From contig JAWMAR010000247.1 in NCBI GenBank assembly GCA_036785375.1, forward strand, positions 1,302,001 through 1,366,000: a stretch of DNA of 64,000 nucleotides, read 5' to 3'. Positions 55,827 through 64,000 of this stretch are shown here, in pieces. The position numbers and the translations under genes were made by a program. The DNA comes from Leucoraja ocellata (taxonomy: Eukaryota). The notes beneath the pieces are model-generated. The model did no database searches, was not told where the DNA came from, and was given only the letters and a program-made list of their open reading frames with translations. Position 1 is the first letter of the stretch, and the number at the start of each line of letters is the position of its first letter.

Positions 55827-56386
55827 TAATATCATAGATGATCACCTTCCATAGATTTATAACAGTTAACTCTACTTCACCTTCAGCTGTCATTCCTATA
55901 TTTTGTTATTGGACGGCATATATGAGCTCCAGTTTCCTACAATTAAGCACTGGCAAGGTAATACTATAGTTTCCCCATAAACTAACTTTGCCACTGATAA
56001 CATCACCTTCCTAAGCCAAACGCCACTATCTAGTGAAGAAATGAACCCCAAATTGATTTGTTGGCCCCCTCCTCATTGCAAAGGCCATTGAATTTGTTTC
56101 TCTGCCCAAGACGATAAATTTACTGAATCTCTTGTGTGGTATGACAATTTAAAAACTCTATAATCTGTTGTTATTTCTCTTGTGTGTTGAATTCCTCAAT
56201 TTAGAAACATAGAAATTAGGTGCAGGAGTAGGCCATTCGGCCCTTCGAGCCTGCACCGCCATTCAATATGATCATGGCTGATCATCCAACTCAGTATCCC
56301 GATGATCAGCCATGATCAGCTCAGGATCATCCAACACTAGTATTTCTAATCTATTTACTCACCCCACTGTTTTGGCCTCCACCTAA

Positions 56387-56682
56387 AGAGCCTGTCCCAC
56401 TTTCCCGAGTTACTCACAAGTTCTCCTGAGTTTTCCCTTTGATTTAAACTCGTAGAATGTCCATAACGAGTCTGTAGATATATCGTAGCGGCTCATTATG
56501 CCAGCCGTAGGTACTCGGGGCATCAGGTAAGTCGGGACGTTTTTTCGGCCTGATGAAAAAAGTCCACGAGTAAAAAAAATACCCCCGAGTACCTACTACG
56601 GACTCGTTACGGACATTCTCCGAGTTTCCATCAAGGGGAAAACTCGGGATAATTCGTAACTCGGGAAAGTGGGACAGGCCCT
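56387..56682. mobile_element. PIF/Harbinger-like palindromic MITE
   Basis: AGAGCCTGTCCCACTTTCCCGAGTTAC / GTAACTCGGGAAAGTGGGACAGGCCCT. TAA TSD at 56384-56386 and 56683-56685. Confidence 0.9.
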
Positions 56683-57029
56683 TAACTCTTCTGATTTTTA
56701 TGTAATAGCCTTACCAGGATTTGTTTGGTAACATTCTTCCACATTACATATGTTAGTGGCTACATTGTTAAACCTCAACAATGTAACCACTAACTGCAAA
56801 GAAAATGGAGGTGAAAAATGTAAACTATATTACAAGAAGCCTAGCCAGCACGTTGAAGCCTAGCTAACACACAGAAGTATCTGCCATTTTTGAATGTCCC
56901 ATTGCATCTTTAAAACTACTTTTTTCCATAACCTATATAAAACCCTAATGTGCTGACACTGTAGCAAACGCTTATGTATATCCAGGTTTTAATATCAAAG
57001 GAAGGAACTAAATGGTGATACACTTGGTT

Positions 57030-58828
57030 TAGAAAAGTTAGTCATTCGAATTATTTATTAACCGAAAAGGCCCAAAATCTGTGTACAGCAATCTTTGAGG
57101 AATAATTATGAAACTAAAAAAATCTTCCCCCAAATAAAAATATTTCCACAAAACTGATTTTAAACATTGAGAATGTTATTTGTTTCTGAAAGACATTCAA
57201 ATCAAAAGTACCAAACACTCTGCAAATGTAACTTTACCTGAGATGTTTACAACACACAGGTTCTTTCTATGAAAATAAAATTGTGTTTCTCCAAATGTTG
57301 ACATTTCAATGGAAAACTGCATTTCAAACAATAGTTTTAGTTGGTCATTCACAAAATAGAGGAATTTACAAAATTGCAATATGTACAGCATAAAATGTAA
57401 CCAGTAGAATCAAGTTTTGTTTGATCATAATTGTCAAAACACTAATCATGATATATTTTCCCCCCCACACAAAGGCACTGACCCTTTGTTCAGTTTTTGA
57501 AGTACCAACCATACTACAAAACGTATCCAAGTGGCCTCTCATAAGAATCCAGACACTAAATACTCACAGGTTATATTTCACTGCAGTGTTGATCACGGTT
57601 CAAAATAGTTCTTACCCAGGAATTCTCGTTGAAAATACTGAGAGAAGAACAGGAATTCCTGATTCAGAATACTGAATCAGGTAAATAATCAAAAAATTAT
57701 GAATGATAATATATCATTAACCTGGTAAGAATTAGAATTACAGAAGGTAATACTTTTATTGGCAATTGGGAGTACTATCATGATAAATGCAAATCAAATT
57801 AAAAACATATATGTACAGAAAGGATCAACATGTTTTCCACAAACAAATAATCTCAATTAACCACCCAAGACAAGTACAAATAGCTACAGCTCACCAAAAT
57901 TTTTACTGTGAGGGTATATTTCCAAAAATATATCAACTTTACCATTACTTATGGTCTGAAGTATTTTTTACTTCAGTACCAGCAGTTCTTTGTATTTGTA
58001 ATCTGGGAGTGACAGCTTGAGTATCATTGTTACATCACTCTGGATTTCCATATTCATTCACTTTCCATTTTCTCGTTGGCTTAACCTTGAAGTAACATAA
58101 CATTGGGCAGACAAGTATCCAACTTTTCCATAATAGGTTGGTGTCTTAATCCATCCTTGTATTCGTAAATTCAAAGTGCAATATTGTGTTCAGCCTGGAA
58201 TTAGGCAAAGTTTTTAGTTGCTCATGTTTAAAAAAAAACAAGTACTGCGATAACAGCAAAAAAATGGCTTACATTAAAGAAAAGGTACTTTAACAGCTGC
58301 AATTACACCAGGGGCTATAGATTTGGAAATAACAGGCTCATCAGCTGCTAGATACAAATAATGTTTTCTGCTGGAGTGACAAGATTAATTTTAGTTTTTG
58401 GGAGCGATTGAGAGAAGCCATTTAAAGCAGTGATATTTAGTCTATGATACATATTCTATGATACACCATCACTGATCGGGAACATTCTTTAGGGCTACCT
58501 CATGAAGAGAATAAAAATTCAAAAACTCTTTTTACATACAATCTTTTTACAAATTCCAGGAACCACCATATATACAGTTTAATGTGTTTTGGCATCAAAA
58601 ACAACCTGTGATAGACTTTGTATTTTCTCATAACTTTACAGAAGATTCCTATCCATTGTAAAAAATGTATTGCAGGAATATAGCAAATAATCGATGGTAT
58701 CTTCTCTTTCATGTGTAAAGAAATGTTATAATGACATTTGCCTCCAATGAAATCTGTCCGCATGTCGATGAAATTGACACTGGAGTTGATGCTACTTAAT
58801 CTTGCCAACAGGTAGTAAAATGTAATCA
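57030..58828 (-). other. TAF1: Probable TAF1 3' UTR
   Basis: AT-rich, no recognisable TE, downstream of the stop. Minus-strand AATAAA at 57755-57760 and 57054-57059. True end unknown. Confidence 0.55.
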
Positions 58829-59060
58829 TCAGCTCTCGATATCTGAGTCCACGTCACTGTCCCCTCCAATGGAATGAAATTCTTCACTATCATCCTCGTC
58901 TTCACTCAGTTGAACCTCGTTAAGAACACTTGGACCGTGCCTCTGTTCATCATCCTCCTCCTCCTCCTCCTCATCTGACAACTCATAATCACATCCTCCA
59001 CTGCTGAAGGTCGTATCCCGAGTATTTGACTTCAGTTCAGTTTCTTCGTAGCTCTCATAA
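58829..59060 (-). CDS. TAF1: TAF1 last coding exon (acidic C-terminus ..[25 protein letters not shown])
   Basis: Resembles the human TAF1 C-terminus ([39 protein letters not shown], from memory). ctccag acceptor, TGA stop. Confidence 0.93.
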
Positions 59061-59957
59061 CTGGAGAAAAATAAAGCTGTATTCAATTTCAGAGGAAAAT
59101 GATTTGACAAAACCAGGAAACAAGTAAAGTTGGACCTAATCAAGCCATACAATGAACACCATAAATTTGTAAATATCTTGTTAATTTAGCGTACAGTAAT
59201 TTGTTAAATATAATTTTCTATTCAAAAAACATTTTGATTACATCCTTGGTACCTGCATGATTTCATATGAAATATCAAAACTGCTCTTCCATTTTATATC
59301 TACTTGTTACACCGCAGAAGTGATTGGTTTCAACGCAACTACTAAAGACAAGGTAAAAACTCAACTACTGTAGTGAAGGATATCATCCTCGACAGCTATC
59401 TGCGATTTTATCCCATCTCTCAATGGTTCCCTCACTACAAATTGTGCCCAGATGATACTTCACAAGGCAGACCAATTTTCTGTTCCATTTTCAAACATTG
59501 TAGCCAAATTTTAAATATTTAGATTTACTATTTCTTTTTATCCACTAGCTCAGTTCTGATCACACATCATCAGCCTGAAACATTAACTCTGTCCTCTCTG
59601 CACAGCTGCTGCCTAGTCGAGCATTTTTCCATTTTTATTTCAGGTATCAAGCATCTATAGTTTTTGTATTTTGGCCTATGTTTATGTTTACCCACTGGGT
59701 AGTTTTCACATTTTGTCTTGCCTCATTGCTTCTCATAATCTATGAGTTACTTTTATTAAATGTAGTTGCTGTCCCACACCACATTATATTCTACCAATGA
59801 TCCTTAAAACATACTTCTGTGTGTCTGTTACTCAGCAGAATATATGCTACATCATGATTTGTCAAATTATTGAGATCTCATGTCTGTTAATGGTAATATA
59901 GTTAAGAGTAAACCAACTGTTGAACTTTGTAAGTTAATGGTATTCATGGATAAATCT

Positions 59958-60011
59958 GGGATGGGAGATTGCAACCTTCACGTGGTCCGCTCTGTTTCGA
60001 CGAATGCAATC
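59958..60011 (+). ncRNA. Minimal HDV-like ribozyme, copy B (P1 partly decayed)
   Basis: GGGATGG-GA-GATTGCA-ACC-TTCACGT-GGT-CCGCTCT-G-TTTCGA-CGAA-TGCAATC. Confidence 0.75.
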
Positions 60012-60058
60012 AACCTGGTGTGCACATTCAAATAAGATCAAATAGAGCAAGTTGTCCT

Positions 60059-61543
60059 GGAGCGTATCGTTGCGTCACAACTTCATTCCCACCTCCTTGC
60101 GTATAACCTATTTGAACCCCTCCAATCTGGCTTTCGCCCCCTCCATAGCACAGAAACTGCTCTCCTCAAAGTCCTCAATGACCTCCTCACCTCTGCTGAC
60201 ACTGGTTCCCTCAACATCCTCATCCTCCTCGACCCGAGTGCAGCCTTCGATACAGTGAACCATAACATCCTGCTTACCAGACTTGGGGACCTTGGCATTG
60301 AAGGTTCTGCACTCAGCTGGCTCTGTTCCTACCTTTCCAACATATCCCACTTCATCTCTCTCCATAACCACACCTCTGCTACAGCCACAGTCACGCAAGG
60401 CGTTCCCCAAGGCTCCATACTTGGCCCCCTCCTCTTCATCATCTACATCCTCCCCCTTGGTCAGATACTCCGCCACTTCAACCTGGACTTCCACTGTTAC
60501 GCCGATGACACCCAGATTTACCTCGGCACCAAATCCCCCCACAACCCCCCCCCCCCCCCCTCTCCCATATCAACTCGTTTGTCAGCTATAAAAACCTGGA
60601 TGCAACATAACTTCCTTAAACTCAACAGCGATAAAACAGAATTCCTCCTCATAGGCTCCAAATCCACTCAGCAAAATGAATAACCCCACTCTCACCATCG
60701 ACGGCACCACTGTCTCCCCAGGCCCGCAACCTTGGCGTGATCTTTGATTCCACCCTCTCCCTTGAGCCTCACATCCGCCATGTCATTAAAACCTCCTTCT
60801 TTCACCTCCACAACATCGCCAAAATCAGACCCTCTCTCACACCTCCCGTTGCTGAAAGACTCATCCATGCCCTCATCTCCTCCCGACTGGACTACTGCAA
60901 CTCACTTCTGCTTGGCATCAGCTCCACCTACATCAACCGACTCCAACTGGTCCAGAACGCAGCCGCCGGACTCATCACCCACACCAAATCCTGGCATCAC
61001 ATCACTCCAGTCCTCAAACAACTTCACTGGCTTCCCATCTCCCACCGGATCGCCTACAAAATCCTGGTCCTCACCTACAAAGCCCTCCACCATCTGGCCC
61101 CCCCATATCTCACTGACCTCCTCTCCCCCTACCAACCCTCATGGTCCGTCAGATCCACATCAGCCGGTCTCCTCTCCATCCACAAGTTCAACCTCCGCAG
61201 TTTTGGGGACAGAGCCTTCTCCAGGGCAGCTCCCAGGCTCTGGAACTCCCTCCCCCAACTGATCCGCAATTCCGTGTCCCTCACCATCTTCCAGTCCCGC
61301 CTCAAGACCCATCTCTTCACCTCTGCCTATCCTTAGCCCCACGTCGCCTTCCCTTTTCATCTGTGCTTGAATTGCCTCATATTGTGTTTTGAATTGAATT
61401 CTGTCTTTAATTTGTGTACTAGTCATGTCTCTACTATTTATTTCATTCCGCTTACATGTTTTTCCTCTACTTGCTAATTTTTTGTAAGGTGTCCTTGAGA
61501 CTCTTGAAAGGCGCCCATAAATAAAATGTATTATTATTATTAT
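60059..61543 (+). mobile_element. L2-clade LINE, 5'-truncated
   Basis: QSGFRPLHSTETALLKV; GVPQGSILGPLLFIIY; FHCYADDTQIY; LKLNSDKTE; SRLDYCNSLL; HITPVLKQLHWLP; GDRAFSRAAPRLWNSLP. (ATT)n tail. Confidence 0.93.
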
Positions 61544-61640
61544 TACAACTTTAGGCTGTGCACGCCATATGCAAGAAGACGATGGACAAATCTGAATGCG
61601 CATATCCAGAAAACAATAATGGGAGGGGGGTTAATGTTAC

Positions 61641-61818
61641 CTTATATTACTGTCTTCCATGATCTGGGAAGTCTCACCACCATCGCCCTCATAAGACATC
61701 ATACTCTCCTCATTTTCTATTCCCATGCATGTGTTCTCAGGTATTAGATGAAGTTTCTTTGGTCGCATGGCAGTTGTTTCAACCTCAGAGTCACTGCCAC
61801 TCTCACTAAGTTGAATGG
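61641..61818 (-). CDS. TAF1: TAF1 penultimate coding exon ([39 protein letters not shown])
   Basis: Matches TAF1 motifs [11 protein letters not shown] and [15 protein letters not shown]. cag acceptor, gtaac donor, joins the last exon in frame. Confidence 0.93.
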
Positions 61819-64000
61819 CTGAATGAAACAAGGAAGGATTTGAATAAACCAACAAATGTTCTTAATACTGCAATATTCAGAGAAACTCATAGCATCTGGA
61901 AACAACTCTGCTACAACTGGAGTATATGTAACAGAAGAATGTATGGATCAATTTAACATAAAAGTACAAGGAACTGCTATTTGCCAATAAAATAGGAAAT
62001 CAGCACCCCAGTGCATATTATTCAAAATAATTTGGTATGCCAACATCAATGCACTAATGTTACCTTCCAGAGAGTGGTTGCGACCTGAACTCAGTGTCAT
62101 GGTGGGAGAAGCAGAAACTCTCACCGCATTTGTGGAGGAGGATGACTAAATTTGGAGCCTTCCCTCACAGTGGGAAACTTTGATCCCGCTGTGTGGGGAT
62201 GTCTGTGTTAAAGACTATTGTGTTCTGTGCTCTTTATTATTCGTATGGCTGTATGGCGACTACTAACAATGTCTGCCGGAAGGGAGAGTGAATGCTGGAG
62301 CGACTAGCTGCCGCTGCTCTCTCTCCGAATTATGTATTATTGCTGTATATGTTGTTTTTGTTTCATTTTAATTATATATTTGTAATTTGCTTGTTTTAAC
62401 TGTAAGGTGGCCTTGGGTGTTCTGAAAGGCTCCCATAAATAAAATGCATTATTATTTCAGTAAAACGGATATGTACTTGAAGAGCTGCACCACTACAAGC
62501 CAATACCAGAGAGAAGCACATAAGTGCAACAGAATTCTTAAAATGCTTTCAAATGAACCTTATGGTTCAATGTAGCAAGTCCAAAAAAGAGTGTGGGTGT
62601 TGGAGATGAACCTCAGGGGTGAATATGGGCAAGTGGAATGTGGGAGAGCAATAGACAAGAGACAATAGGTGCAGGAGTAGGCCATTCGGCCAGTCGAGCC
62701 TGCATCGCCATTCAATGTGATCATGGCTGACCATCCACAATCAGTACCCCGTTCCTGCCTTCTCCCCATATCCCCTGACTTGATCCTGATTTGGTTAAAT
62801 TTAGCATAACTATGAAAAAAGGAGAAAGTAGGAATAAAAATTCAATATTGGGCAAAGACCAAAATATGCTTTGGTTAAAAAAGTGGACAGGAAATGACCA
62901 CTTGAAAGAAAACCAGTGTCACATAAGGGAGACGCTTGAGCATGATTCACACCGTTCGTTCCAAAAAATAGTAAAGGGCACTTCTCAAATCTTCAAGCCT
63001 CAAGGATTTCAAACATAAAGACCAGGCCAAAAAGGCTAGTTCTACATGTAGCTTTGTTACAAAACCTACCATCAGTGGCGCTACAGATCTGCCACTGCCT
63101 GTGCGTGCGATTCCGGAGGCATTGGGGGGGGGGGGGGGCACGATTAAATGCAGGTTTATATTGGTTGTTGGAGAGGGATTTCCTTGGGCTGCTAGCTGAT
63201 GAAGAAAAATTGTTCACGTTTCCGTCCCCGTTTAAAAACAAAAAATTTGCTGGACGATTGAGTCGCTGGATTGAAGTTAAACGTGACTTCAAACGCCTTC
63301 AACATCACGGATAGCAATATCAGGACAAAACAAAAGGTATGTAGTTTATTTAACATATTATCTTGCTTTTTGGTGTGGCTTCATTTTAATTTTATGATGC
63401 GAAAAATTTTATTTAGGCCCACATACGAATTGGCCGTGTCTTGCTTGCTGATATGGGCTTAAAATTTATGGCAACGGCAACATTCCAATCGATCACATTC
63501 CAGAAACATCCACTGTCAAGATAATCAAATTCATTCTTTTTTGGCACAATCATGTCATAAGAACATCTAAATCATTTATATTTTACGTTATTGTCTATCC
63601 ATGATCAATATTTTCATACTAAATATCCACAGTACAGTTTTAGCCAGATGTATTGGGCAAAAATAAAGATTTTGATTATCTTGAGAGTGGATATTTCTGG
63701 ATTAATTTATGGGAATTCCTTCCATTTGGCATATAAATTCATGACAAAGTGAGATTTAAAAATCATGTTATATTGTGAATTCTAATGTGAATGGGATCAG
63801 TTTATTTGTTATTAGGATACTTGGGCTATTTTAATTTTTTTGCCTTTTCTTAAGAAATGGATAGATGTTTAGATCTAGTAATTGAATTTAGATGAATTTA
63901 ATTAGATGAATTTAATTGATTTGATGAAACTGATGAATATTATTTTTTTGTTGGGTATTTACTATTTGTTTTAGCGTTTAACTTTATTATTTCTACCATT

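Larger units (their letters stand above)
59958..61581 (+). mobile_element. Ribozyme-headed SINE copy B, split by an L2 LINE
   Basis: 5' part 59958-60058, 3' part ~61544-61581. TSD ATGGATAAATCT / ATGGACAAATCT (59946-59957, 61582-61593). Confidence 0.85.

Noticed and set aside
62993-63314. ORFs near the window end as further TAF1 exons
   Set aside because: No TAF1-like peptide; they run into the repeat family shared with 12530-13030.

Overview
Vertebrate genomic DNA, repeat-rich. The CR1, Rex1, Penelope and Helitron repeat types suggest a cartilaginous fish such as a skate or ray; this is an inference. Two conserved genes lie in tandem on the minus strand: the last two coding exons and 3' UTR of TAF1 (about 61.8-57 kb), then the promoter and exons 1-6 of OGT (O-GlcNAc transferase, 38691 down to 5228), all with GT-AG junctions that keep the frame. 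Most of the remainder is nested transposable elements: two Gypsy remnants, a BEL/Pao element with both LTRs and a 5-bp TSD, CR1, Rex1/Babar, L2, HERO-like and Penelope retroelements, non-autonomous Helitrons and MITEs. Main highlights: (1) a ~150-bp TSD-flanked SINE-like element whose first 54 nt fold into a complete minimal HDV-like ribozyme, joined to an RTE-type structured tail (two full-length copies, one 5'-truncated); (2) a BEL/Pao element carrying a tRNA-Asp with encoded CCA and a T6 run between the pol stop and the 3' LTR; (3) an apparently TE-free OGT intron 4 with a candidate decoy exon, a weak acceptor and an mOGT-like open frame; (4) a frameshifting alternative acceptor at OGT exon 2; (5) dispersed Penelope hammerhead-like motifs. 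No searches or folding programs were run; comparisons to human sequence are from memory and need verification.
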